Source: an uncultured cyanobacterium (GTDB taxonomy: Bacteria > Cyanobacteriota > Cyanobacteriia > Pseudanabaenales > Pseudanabaenaceae). From it: a stretch of 64,000 nucleotides of DNA. The stretch spans positions 3,168,001 through 3,232,000 of the forward strand of contig OY969811.1 in assembly GCA_963703315.1 (NCBI GenBank). The letters run 5' to 3'. A program made the position numbers and the translations under genes. Below the pieces are notes generated by a model. It worked only from the letters and a program-made list of their open reading frames with translations, did not search any database and had not been told where the DNA came from. Each line of letters begins with the position of its first letter. Positions within the stretch are counted from its first letter, which is position 1. Below are positions 30,949 to 40,532 of this stretch, one piece after another.

Positions 30949-31695
30949 ATGATGCCTAGGCTGCTCTTGATTGATGATGATCCGATAATCTCTGAAATGG
31001 TCACGCTGAACCTCGAACACGCTGGCTATCAAGTCAGTCAAGCGAGTGATGGCATCAAAGGACAAGCACTTGCCATTCAGTTGATGCCAGACATGATCAT
31101 CCTTGACTTGATGCTACCCAGAGTTGATGGCTTTACGGTTTGCCAAAGGTTACGGCGTGACGAACGTACTAGAGAAATCCCTGTGATGATGCTTACCGCG
31201 ATGGGGCAAACCCAAGATAAGGTTGAAGGGTTTAACGCAGGGGCAGATGACTATTTGACTAAGCCCTTTGAGCTTGAAGAAATGTTGGCACGGGTGCGAG
31301 CTTTACTGCGCCGCACTAATCGCATTATTGATACTGCCAAACATGGTGAAATCTTAATCTTCGGCTCTTTAACCCTTGTCCCTGAACGCTTTGAGGCAAT
31401 TTGGTTTAATAAAACTGTCAAGCTCACCCATTTAGAATTTGAGTTATTGCATTGTCTGTTGCAGCGTCATGGGCAGACGGTTTCACCTAGTGAAATCCTC
31501 AAAGAGGTGTGGGGCTATGAACCCGATGATGATATCGAAACCATTCGAGTCCATATTCGCCATTTACGCACTAAGCTCGAACCTGATCCTCGTCATCCTA
31601 AATACATTAAGACTGTTTATGGGGCAGGTTACTGTTTAGAGCTTCCTAGTGATGAGGATAATCGTCAGGAGCAAGAGGCGATCGCTGCTGGCTAA
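30949..31695 (+). CDS. rpaA: Circadian output response regulator RpaA
   Basis: DGIKGQALA and [36 protein letters not shown] are characteristic of RpaA. Confidence 0.93.
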   Translation: MMPRLLLIDDDPIISEMVTLNLEHAGYQVSQASDGIKGQALAIQLMPDMIILDLMLPRVDGFTVCQRLRRDERTREIPVMMLTAMGQTQDKVEGFNAGADDYLTKPFELEEMLARVRALLRRTNRIIDTAKHGEILIFGSLTLVPERFEAIWFNKTVKLTHLEFELLHCLLQRHGQTVSPSEILKEVWGYEPDDDIETIRVHIRHLRTKLEPDPRHPKYIKTVYGAGYCLELPSDEDNRQEQEAIAAG

Positions 31696-31739
31696 AAACT
31701 AGTGATGCGGCGCAAAGCGCCGCATCACTAGTTTTTAGC
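31691..31739. terminator. Bidirectional terminator-like hairpin
   Basis: Perfect stem with a GC-AAA-GC loop between convergent rpaA and dedA. Confidence 0.75.
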
Positions 31740-32345
31740 TGATCGTTTCCAGATGCGATAACCAATAAATGCAGCGATCGCTATTAAAACGCCGAAAACT
31801 ACGACTTTAGTGATCACATCAATGTAATCTTCAACTAATTTGTAATTTTTACCTAAAAAGTATCCTGCATAGGTTAGTAAAGTGACCCAGCCCAGCGTGC
31901 CAATCGTGGAATAGATAAAGAATGGAACTAGCGACATTTTACTAATGCCTGCGGGAATGGAAATCAAAGTGCGAATGCCGGGGACAAGACGACCAAATAG
32001 GACTGCCTTAGATCCATGTTTTTGAAACCATTGCACTGATTTCTCGATGTCTTTCCCCGAAATGCCAATCCATCTACCATAGCGCTCTGCTAATAATTCT
32101 AAACGCTGCTGCCCTAGTAATAGCCCCGCATAATACCAAGGAATCGCTCCCAAAATCGTGCCAATCACCCCTGCCGCGATCGCAGGAATCACTTGAATTT
32201 GGGTATTTGGAAAAGTTGCAGTATATCCTGCCAAAGGCATAATCAATTCTGAAGGAATAGGTGGGAACAGATTTTCTAAAAACATCAGTAACCCAATCCC
32301 TAGATAGCCTAGGGAATTCATTGTATTAGTAATCCATTCCTGCAT
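31728..32345 (-). CDS. DedA family membrane protein
   Basis: LENLFPPIPSE and GRLVPGIRTLISIPAG motifs. Confidence 0.92.
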   Translation of the reverse strand: MQEWITNTMNSLGYLGIGLLMFLENLFPPIPSELIMPLAGYTATFPNTQIQVIPAIAAGVIGTILGAIPWYYAGLLLGQQRLELLAERYGRWIGISGKDIEKSVQWFQKHGSKAVLFGRLVPGIRTLISIPAGISKMSLVPFFIYSTIGTLGWVTLLTYAGYFLGKNYKLVEDYIDVITKVVVFGVLIAIAAFIGYRIWKRSAKN

Positions 32346-32537
32346 AGTATTTTTGCTTATTTATTGATGATTAGTTTCTTAAACCCTACCAAAAATCGTA
32401 ACGAATATAGCGATTTCTATTATCAATAAACGCTATCTTGTTATTATCCAAGTAGTTATATTTATAGGCTTAATCTAGCAGTACTCAATTATTCTTATTT
32501 CGCAAAGTTTATTCAACGTAAGTTCTGGCAATCGTCC

Positions 32538-33071
32538 ATGAAAAAGTCTGTAGTTTATCGCACTTTGCAAGTTGCCACCGCCGTCATTGCTTACTCCTTG
32601 CTCTCTGTATGGGCTTCGACAAAACATATAGATATCGTTTCTAATCTTCTAACAGAGCTAGATTCGTTACTAGTGATTGTGGCGATCGCTTTAGTGTTGC
32701 CTTACTTGTGTTTTAAAGCTCTGGGCAAGCTCTATACACCACCAAAATCACTAAATCTTGATAAATCATCACAATTTGGTGATTCTCCCCTGACGCAAGA
32801 TGAACTGGATGCGATCGCCAAAGAGGATCTTGGCGTTATGCAATATCGAGGAAATCAATACAATCCTGAAGATTTAACCATCAACACTAGTCCCCCGACC
32901 AATGACAAAAACAGTAGTGAATTTCAACCTGTCATCAAATATCGAGGAGTTAGTATTGCTGCCGATAGCCCCTCTCAAAATGTCGCCGAATCCTTTCCAA
33001 CACCCAAGGATTCCCAAAAATCTGCTAATCCTAAGGAAAGAATCAAATATCGCGGTTCCTATGTAGATTAA
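32538..33071 (+). CDS. Membrane-anchored hypothetical protein with three DUF4278-like YRG motifs
   Basis: Two N-terminal TM segments; MQYRGNQY, IKYRGVSI and IKYRGSYV. Confidence 0.65.
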   Translation: MKKSVVYRTLQVATAVIAYSLLSVWASTKHIDIVSNLLTELDSLLVIVAIALVLPYLCFKALGKLYTPPKSLNLDKSSQFGDSPLTQDELDAIAKEDLGVMQYRGNQYNPEDLTINTSPPTNDKNSSEFQPVIKYRGVSIAADSPSQNVAESFPTPKDSQKSANPKERIKYRGSYVD

Positions 33072-33176
33072 TAGTTTTATTTTTTGTGGCGCGGGCAAAG
33101 TCACCGCCACAAAAACTGTTGACAAAAATTAAGATCAGCTAAAATCATTATTAATCTTTCATCGATAAAAAATTTC

Positions 33177-35081
33177 ATGGTTGTATTGCAGTCTTTCGCC
33201 ACAGAATCTCCAAACCTATCTACAGAATTAACTGGAACTGCCCAAAAATTTGCTGCAATGCGATCGCAACTTCGCAAACACAAAATAGATATCTATTTCG
33301 TGCCATCAGCCGATGAACATCTCAATGAATATTTACCTGAAGCGAAACAACGTCGTCAATGGATTAGTGGCTTTACTGGCTCCGCAGGTGATTTTTTAAT
33401 TAGCACGGATCAAGCATGGGTATTTGTGGATTCGCGCTATTACGAGCAAGCGGATATGCAAGTAGATGCGAACCTGCAAAAAGTCTGCAAAGTCGGATTA
33501 GAAGAGCATCAAACTGCGGAAGAAGTTCTCGAAGAACTCGGTCAAAAGGCATCGAAACAATTACAAACCTTGCGATTAGGTATCGATCCCTTCACAATCA
33601 CAGTTTCTCAATATCGGCGATTTGTGGAACGATTGGGTAACAGTGGTGTGGAAGTTGTGCCTGTACTTGAGAATCTTGTGGATACCGTGCGATCGCAAAG
33701 TCCTTGGGCAGAGAGTGAAATAATTCCTCCCTTTGGGGATCAACCTGTAATTACACTGCCTGATGCAATTACAGGGGAGAGTGTTGCTAAGAAATTAGAG
33801 CGTGTCCGCAAGGAAATGGGTAAGAAGAAAGCCACAATTCTACCCGTTACAAAGCTCGATCAAATTGCATGGCTCTACAATTTACGCGGTCGTGATGTGG
33901 AGTGCAATCCTGTATTTATTAGCTATGCGATCGTTACTCTGACTGATGCCTATCTCTTTACCAATAATGCACGGATTGATGCTGCTGTCCGTCAGGCACT
34001 CGCAGGACAAGTACAGATCTGTGAGTATGGTCAATACATATCTGTTTTGCGATCGCTGATCTCCGAAAATCAAAAAGTACTATTAGCAGTTTCCCAAACT
34101 ACATTAGTTACTTACTTGCAACTCAAGGAAGTCAATGCCACAATTGTTGAAGATACTCATCCCGTCGAGATCTTCAAAGCTCATAAAAATGTAGTCGAAA
34201 TTGCTCAGATGCAGCAAGCTAACCTCAAAGCTAGCCTTGCCAAAACTCTCACGCTCAAATGGATAGAAGAACAAATTGATGCTGGTAATTCCATCAGCGA
34301 ACGTGATGTTGCTAATAAAATCGAAGGTTTATACAAGCAACAGGAAGGCTTCTACGATCTCAGCTTTCCCACGATCGCAGGTGCGGGTGCGAATGGCTCG
34401 ATCGTCCATTACAGCAATCCTAATCCTGCTTGTAAACTTCTCAATGGGGAGTTATTGCTGTTAGATTCTGGTTCGCAGTTTTATGGTGGGACTACCGACG
34501 ACACGCGATCGATTAGCATTGGTACGCCGACAGATGAACAACGCGATCGCTATACCGAGGTTCTCAAATCCCATATTAACTGTGCGATGCAGAGATTCCC
34601 TAAAGGCACGACTGGCAGTCAAATCGATGGGATTGCCCGTTCTTCGATGTGGCAAAGTGGACTAGATTTTGGTCATGGCACTGGGCATGGTGTGGGCGTA
34701 TTCCTTAATGTCCATGAGGGACCAAATGGCATCAGCAAGCGCGTTAATCAATCCCTCGATCTTGGTACGATTAACAGTATCGAACCAGGGTATTACAAAC
34801 CGAAATGGGGTGGTATTCGGTTGGAGAATCTCTATTTTGTCAAAGAGGTGAAAAAACAGGAATCAGAGAGTTCTCAAGAGACAGATTCCAATTCTACACC
34901 TTGGTACGAGTTTGAATCCTTGACCTATATTCCTTTTGATAAGAAATTAATCGATCGCCACAAGCTCAATCCTCAACAAATTGTATGGCTAGAAAATTAC
35001 TATACTGCTGTGGTGGAAAAGTTATCACCAATGCTTAGTGAAGCTGAAACAGTATGGCTAAAGCAAGCTTGCAGCTTTTGA
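33177..35081 (+). CDS. Xaa-Pro aminopeptidase (M24)
   Basis: SGFTGSAG, DSGSQFYGGTTD, HGTGHGVG..HEGP, EPGYY and GIRLEN motifs. Confidence 0.93.
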   Translation: MVVLQSFATESPNLSTELTGTAQKFAAMRSQLRKHKIDIYFVPSADEHLNEYLPEAKQRRQWISGFTGSAGDFLISTDQAWVFVDSRYYEQADMQVDANLQKVCKVGLEEHQTAEEVLEELGQKASKQLQTLRLGIDPFTITVSQYRRFVERLGNSGVEVVPVLENLVDTVRSQSPWAESEIIPPFGDQPVITLPDAITGESVAKKLERVRKEMGKKKATILPVTKLDQIAWLYNLRGRDVECNPVFISYAIVTLTDAYLFTNNARIDAAVRQALAGQVQICEYGQYISVLRSLISENQKVLLAVSQTTLVTYLQLKEVNATIVEDTHPVEIFKAHKNVVEIAQMQQANLKASLAKTLTLKWIEEQIDAGNSISERDVANKIEGLYKQQEGFYDLSFPTIAGAGANGSIVHYSNPNPACKLLNGELLLLDSGSQFYGGTTDDTRSISIGTPTDEQRDRYTEVLKSHINCAMQRFPKGTTGSQIDGIARSSMWQSGLDFGHGTGHGVGVFLNVHEGPNGISKRVNQSLDLGTINSIEPGYYKPKWGGIRLENLYFVKEVKKQESESSQETDSNSTPWYEFESLTYIPFDKKLIDRHKLNPQQIVWLENYYTAVVEKLSPMLSEAETVWLKQACSF

Positions 35082-35113
35082 TAAACATTAGAAAGAGTGC
35101 AAAGCACTCTTTC

Positions 35114-35170
35114 CCCAAAAACAGAGATTGTGCCGCCCGCTACGCGGGCGGCACAATCTCTGTTTTTGGG
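35114..35170. terminator. Long hairpin between convergent genes
   Basis: 27-bp perfect stem with a GC-TAC-GC loop. Confidence 0.75.
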
Positions 35171-35186
35171 TTTACTTATGCCTAGC

Positions 35187-36857
35187 TTACAGTGCACCGA
35201 TCGCATATTCGATCAACTTGAGCAAAGACTTACTCATCTGCTCAAAGCCTTGACGTTTGAGAGCAGAAATTGCGATCGCATCGGGATACTGCTCTAGAAT
35301 TTTCTCTGGTTCCGACACTGCATCGATTTTATTGAAAACCAATAAAGTTGGTCCCACAGCGATCGGCATATCTTTAAGGATTTTATCTACGGATTTCAGT
35401 TGATCTTCCCAAGCAGAATGAGAAGCATCGACAAGATGGACTAAAACATCAGCTTCCGATACTTCTTCGAGCGTGGCACGAAAAGCATCAACGAGGGATT
35501 TGGGAAGCTCATGGATAAATCCTACAGTGTCGGTGAGCAGAACCGTGTGGATTTTGTCATCTTCACCCGTGAGACTGAGACGGCGCGTAGTGGGGTCGAG
35601 AGTGGCGAATAGCTTATCAGCAGCATAGACATCGGCTTTAGTCAGGGCATTTAGCAAGGTCGATTTGCCTGCATTGGTATAACCAACGATCGCTACAGTT
35701 GGCACTTCTTGATCGACTCGTTTTTGCCGAATGCGCGATCGCTGTGCTTGCAGATGATTGACCTGTTGCTGAAGGAAAGTGATCCGCTTTTGGATCACGC
35801 GGCGATCGGTTTCTAGTTTAGTTTCACCAGGTCCACGAGTACCGATACCACCACCGAGTCTAGAAAGGGCTTGTCCATGACCTGCGAGACGGGGTAATCG
35901 ATATTCCAATTGAGCTAGCTCGACCTGTAACTTCCCTTCTGACGACTGAGCGCGTTGAGCAAAAATATCGAGAATTACTTCCGTGCGATCACTAACTCGT
36001 AAACCGATCATTCTTTCGATATTGCGAGTTTGAGAAGCGGTCAGTTCGCGATCGAATACAACTAGGTTTGCGCCTTTAGTCTGGGCGGCGATCGCCAGTT
36101 CTAAAACTTTACCTTCACCGAGAACGGTCTGAGGATGAGGACGTTCGCGCTTTTGCCAGAGAGCATCAAGGACTTTGCCTCCTGCACTTTCCACCAAATG
36201 CCCAAGCTCAATCATCGTAAAGGGCATCGAGTCAGACTTTTCTTTTTGATGCATCAGTCCCACTAGCACCACGCGATCTTGGTTATCGTCAGTGGCTCGA
36301 CCTGCGAAATTACGACTAAATTCCTCTTCTAGACCTTCGACTAGTTCTAAGAAGTCTTGCTTGGATAGCTTGTCAATCGTCATTGGGCTAGATACACGCC
36401 AAGCCTCTTGATTTTCTGGCAATTCAGTATCAGTGGAGGGGAGTAAATGCGCCAAATAGCCGCGCTCAACGTAGCCTTTGAGATTGACTGGTAAAATGAT
36501 CAACGCATCTAGACGCTGCATTAACATTGCAGTTAAGTCCGTTGGATTAGGCGGCATGGCATCAGGACTGGCACAAATACACCTGATGCCACTCAGCCGA
36601 TCGCTACCATAACGCGGTAATTCTAGGGGTGGAATCTTCGTTTGATTAGGTGTGCCGATCGCCACCCTAATCACTTGTCCACGCCGATTGATATAAATGC
36701 AGATAGATTCCTTTAGCTCAGCGCTGATGACTGCAAGGCGTTGAGCTAATTCGGGTGTGGTAAGGCTATCTTGAGGCAACCGCGATCGATAAAGTCGATC
36801 CAATTGTTTTAATTGATGTGCCTTCAGTCCTTGGGTTTTTCCGTAAATAGTTTCGAT
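35187..36857 (-). CDS. hflX: GTPase HflX (probable non-canonical ATC start)
   Basis: GIGTRGPGETKLE, VGYTNAGKST, LFATLD, DTVGF and NKID motifs. The frame stays open upstream of the track start to ATC-GAA-ACT-ATT-TAC-GGA. Confidence 0.9.
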   Translation of the reverse strand: METIYGKTQGLKAHQLKQLDRLYRSRLPQDSLTTPELAQRLAVISAELKESICIYINRRGQVIRVAIGTPNQTKIPPLELPRYGSDRLSGIRCICASPDAMPPNPTDLTAMLMQRLDALIILPVNLKGYVERGYLAHLLPSTDTELPENQEAWRVSSPMTIDKLSKQDFLELVEGLEEEFSRNFAGRATDDNQDRVVLVGLMHQKEKSDSMPFTMIELGHLVESAGGKVLDALWQKRERPHPQTVLGEGKVLELAIAAQTKGANLVVFDRELTASQTRNIERMIGLRVSDRTEVILDIFAQRAQSSEGKLQVELAQLEYRLPRLAGHGQALSRLGGGIGTRGPGETKLETDRRVIQKRITFLQQQVNHLQAQRSRIRQKRVDQEVPTVAIVGYTNAGKSTLLNALTKADVYAADKLFATLDPTTRRLSLTGEDDKIHTVLLTDTVGFIHELPKSLVDAFRATLEEVSEADVLVHLVDASHSAWEDQLKSVDKILKDMPIAVGPTLLVFNKIDAVSEPEKILEQYPDAIAISALKRQGFEQMSKSLLKLIEYAIGAL

Positions 36858-36930
36858 ATGCGTTACTCAGTATAATTATAGGAGGCTATCTGAGACAGAC
36901 CTGATTGACTGACAAATATTACCAACAAAT

Positions 36931-36986
36931 AGGCAAGATGCCCGTACCACAGGGATTTTATCTTTGTGGGTCAGACATCTTTTCTG
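36931..36986. repeat. Degenerate REP-like pair (AGGCAAGATGCCCGTACCAC ... GTGGGTCAGACATCTT)
   Basis: Imperfect inverted pair in the divergent intergenic region. Confidence 0.45.
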
Positions 36987-37057
36987 ACAAGGCTTTCAAA
37001 CACTTTTGTTAGTTAATCAGGAGACAGACTCTACAATTATACTGAACTGATATAGAC

Positions 37058-37780
37058 ATGAACGATGTAGCGCTTTTTTTGGTAACGCATGGCAGTAGCG
37101 ATCGCCGTTCTTGGTTAGGTTTACAAAATCTAGTCACATTAGCACAATCGCAAAGCGATCTCTATATTGGCGGTGGTTGTCTCGAAGGTCAGCCGCTCAC
37201 ACTTGCTCAGCAGTTAGAACAATTTGCAACGGCAATGATCGATAAGGGTATTCCTGAGATCATCGTCTTGCCAGTGTTGCTGTTAGCTGGTGTCCACGTT
37301 GCCGAAGACATTCCCGCAGAGATTGAGATCGCTCAAAGTCAAATCCAAGCGAAGTTTCCGAATCAGCTAATATTCCGTATTACTGCCCACTTAGGTACAT
37401 CTTCCCAAATTCCTAGTTTGCTAGTACAGCAATTTGAGAAATATACCGATAAGTCTGATTCAGAATCACAGGGTCGAATTATCGTTTCTCATGGCAGTCG
37501 TCGGGCGCTAGCCAATCAAGTAATTGAGGACTTAGCTGAGCAAAGTCAAGCGATCGCTGCCTATTGGGGAGTTGAGCCAAAGATCGAAGCTCAAATCGAA
37601 AAGTTATTAGCGCAAGGAATCCGCAAAATTAATGTCCTGCCATACTTTTTAACTGAGGGGGGGATTACAGAAATCATCTCTCATAAATTAAGCTCATATA
37701 GCGATCGCGCTCAAATTCAGCAGTTACCTGTACCATTATCAAATGAAAAGATCGTAGAGTTATTATTAAGGTCTATCTAG
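37058..37780 (+). CDS. cbiX: Sirohydrochlorin chelatase (CbiX/SirB family)
   Basis: Duplicated LVTHGS and VSHGSRR motifs; AGVHVAEDIP. Confidence 0.85.
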   Translation: MNDVALFLVTHGSSDRRSWLGLQNLVTLAQSQSDLYIGGGCLEGQPLTLAQQLEQFATAMIDKGIPEIIVLPVLLLAGVHVAEDIPAEIEIAQSQIQAKFPNQLIFRITAHLGTSSQIPSLLVQQFEKYTDKSDSESQGRIIVSHGSRRALANQVIEDLAEQSQAIAAYWGVEPKIEAQIEKLLAQGIRKINVLPYFLTEGGITEIISHKLSSYSDRAQIQQLPVPLSNEKIVELLLRSI

Positions 37781-37890
37781 TTGGAATTAAACGTAGGATG
37801 GGTTAGCGATCGCGTAACCCATGATTGATACCTAATGAATGCGTTACATTGCATTAACACATCCTACATTTAATTAAACCTTCTTACTTA
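37781..37890. repeat. REPIN-like element (two inverted GTAG-type REPs)
   Basis: GTAGGATGGGTTAGCGATCGCGTAACCCAT...ATGCGTTAC..TAACACATCCTAC; copies at 48641-48762 and 55012-55133. Confidence 0.8.
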
Positions 37891-37909
37891 ATGCATAAGG
37901 TAAAGACAG

Positions 37910-40447
37910 TTGACTGATAGATACAAACATCTTAATCCGATTTATCAAGAGATTCTCAAAAAAGAGCGTCTTAAAAGTTTAATGCGTATTGCTAAATGTA
38001 TGGAGAATAGTACTGTCGGAGTTTTTGTAACAACTCTAGATGATCAAATTCGTGGCATTAGTATCTCTTTTTGTGAGTTGTTAGGATACAGTAATGCCCA
38101 GTTATCTCAACTCACCTATGAACAAATCTGCCATCCTGATGATTTATCAGCTTACTACTTTCTCAAAGAGCGCTTGCTCTCCGATCAAATTGATCACTGT
38201 TATTTAAATGTACGCTATATCCGTGAAGATGGACAAATTGTTCAAGTCCTGCAAAACACAGATCTAGAAATTGAAGATGGTAAGGAACCTTACTTTATCA
38301 ATAGATTTGAAGATATTACTGATTGGGAGCAAACTGCTCAAAATCAAAGAGCTTTAGATGATCGGACTCGATATTTATTTAAAAATAATCCTAATCCTAT
38401 GTGGATTTATGATCTAGAAACCCTAGCTTTTTTAGATGTAAATCAAGCCGCAATCAATCACTATGGCTATAGTAAAGAAGAATTTTTAGCAATGACTGTG
38501 TTAGATATTCGACCTGCTGAAGATAAAGCGAGACTATTAGAAGCTATCTCTAAAATATCCTCAGGCTTGAGTGTAGAAACATCAATATGGCGGCATTATA
38601 AAAAAGATGGTAGTCAAATTTTGGTTGAAGTATCAGCACATACACTCAACTATAACAACCGCAAGTGTGAATTGATTTTAATCAATGATGTTACCCAGAA
38701 AATGCAAGCAGAGGAAGCCCTTCAAAGAGCCGAAGCTAAGTATCGGAGTATTTTTGAGAATGCGGTTGAAGGGATTTTTCAAACTTCGATTGACGGTAAA
38801 TTTTTGATTGCCAATCCGATGCTTGCTAAAATCTATGGCTATGAATCACCCGATGATTTGATTGCCAATCTTACCGATATTCAGTCTCAACTTTATGTCG
38901 ATCCCAATCGTCGGCAAGTATTGATTAATCTTTTAAAAGAACAAGAAGACGTTACTCTGTTTGAGTCTGAGGTTTATCGCAAAGATGGCTCTATTATATG
39001 GACTTCTGAAAATATCCATATAGTCTATGATATTGCGGGTAATATTTTGTATTTTGAAGGAACAGTTGAAGATATTACCGCTAGTAAACTCGCTAAAGCA
39101 GAAATTGAACATCTGGCTTTTCATGATTCTCTAACTAATTTGCCGAACCGAGTGCTATTTCGCGATCGCCTTTCGACGGCTTTGGTAAAGGCTGAAGAGC
39201 AGTTGCAAAACCATTTAAAGGAAAGTTCAATCGAAATTAAATCAATCCTGCCCTTGCTAGCGGTGCTGTTTCTCGATCTAGATCGTTTTAAATTAGTCAA
39301 CGATACGATGGGTCATGCCGCAGGCGATCGCCTCTTAATAGAAGTCGCCAAAAGATTAAGCGATTGCATGGTTGCTAATACTTTTTTGTCGCGGATGGGT
39401 GGCGATGAATTTATGATCTTTGTACCTGAGTTGCAGAGTGTCGAGTCGATTCAACAATTTGCTCAGCTAATTTTACAGTCCTTTGAGCAGCCTTTCTTTG
39501 TCGAAGAAATACCTCTTTATATTGGTACGAGCATTGGCATTAGCCTTTATCCTAATGATGGCATGGATGAAGAGACTTTAATGAAGAATGCTGATACAGC
39601 CATGTTTAGAGCCAAAGAACGAGGACGCAATCATTATCAACTCTATAACCATGCGATCGGCGCAAAAGTCAAAGAATATGTGGCGATCGAAAATGGAATT
39701 CGTCAAGCACTGGATCGTTCAGAATTTCAGGTATTCTATCAGCCTCAGATTAATCTACTGACAGGGGAAATCGACTGTATGGAAGCCTTAGCACGCTGGC
39801 TGCATCCTGAATTGGGTTGGGTTCCACCAAATCAATTTATTCCTGCGGCAGAAGAACATGGATTGATTGTCCGTTTGGGAGAATGGATTTTACGAACAGC
39901 TTGTCAGCAAAATAAAACATGGCAAAAACAAGGATTACCGCCGATTCGGATGGCTGTAAATTTTTCTGCAAAGCAGTTTCAGGTTGCCGATCTGTGCGAT
40001 CGCATTATGCAAATTCTCTTAGAAACTGAGTTAGAACCACAGTATTTAGAATTAGAAATTACAGAAAGTTTAGTCATGCAAGATCAAACTACAACGATTA
40101 AGATGTTAAAGCAATTGCAAGCATCGGGAATGAGCATATCGATTGATGATTTTGGAACTGGTTATTCTTCGCTGAGTTATTTGCGGTTATTGCCTGTTAG
40201 TAGCGTTAAAATTGATGCTAGTTTTATTCGTGAGATTCCTCAAAATCCTGATGACTCCGCAATTACGTCAGCAATTATTGTGATGGCTCATAGTCTCAAT
40301 CTGAGTACGATCGCTGAAGGTGTGGAGCGTAAAGAGCAGTTAGAATTTTTGCGATCGCATAATTGTGATGCTGTACAGGGATATCTCTTCAGTCGCCCTG
40401 TTCCTGCTCAAGAAGCAACTTTGTTACTGCAAGCGCAACTTAAATAA
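37910..40447 (+). CDS. PAS-PAS-PAS-GGDEF-EAL diguanylate cyclase/phosphodiesterase
   Basis: Three PAS/PAC units, HDSLTNLPNR, MGGDEF, EALARW, DDFGTGYSSL. Confidence 0.93.
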   Translation: MTDRYKHLNPIYQEILKKERLKSLMRIAKCMENSTVGVFVTTLDDQIRGISISFCELLGYSNAQLSQLTYEQICHPDDLSAYYFLKERLLSDQIDHCYLNVRYIREDGQIVQVLQNTDLEIEDGKEPYFINRFEDITDWEQTAQNQRALDDRTRYLFKNNPNPMWIYDLETLAFLDVNQAAINHYGYSKEEFLAMTVLDIRPAEDKARLLEAISKISSGLSVETSIWRHYKKDGSQILVEVSAHTLNYNNRKCELILINDVTQKMQAEEALQRAEAKYRSIFENAVEGIFQTSIDGKFLIANPMLAKIYGYESPDDLIANLTDIQSQLYVDPNRRQVLINLLKEQEDVTLFESEVYRKDGSIIWTSENIHIVYDIAGNILYFEGTVEDITASKLAKAEIEHLAFHDSLTNLPNRVLFRDRLSTALVKAEEQLQNHLKESSIEIKSILPLLAVLFLDLDRFKLVNDTMGHAAGDRLLIEVAKRLSDCMVANTFLSRMGGDEFMIFVPELQSVESIQQFAQLILQSFEQPFFVEEIPLYIGTSIGISLYPNDGMDEETLMKNADTAMFRAKERGRNHYQLYNHAIGAKVKEYVAIENGIRQALDRSEFQVFYQPQINLLTGEIDCMEALARWLHPELGWVPPNQFIPAAEEHGLIVRLGEWILRTACQQNKTWQKQGLPPIRMAVNFSAKQFQVADLCDRIMQILLETELEPQYLELEITESLVMQDQTTTIKMLKQLQASGMSISIDDFGTGYSSLSYLRLLPVSSVKIDASFIREIPQNPDDSAITSAIIVMAHSLNLSTIAEGVERKEQLEFLRSHNCDAVQGYLFSRPVPAQEATLLLQAQLK

Positions 40448-40532
40448 GTAGCTGGGCATAATTAAAAACCAGATCCAAAACCTGTGGCGCACGCGCAGCG
40501 TGCGCCACAGGTTTTGGGGTTTTATATTTAAT

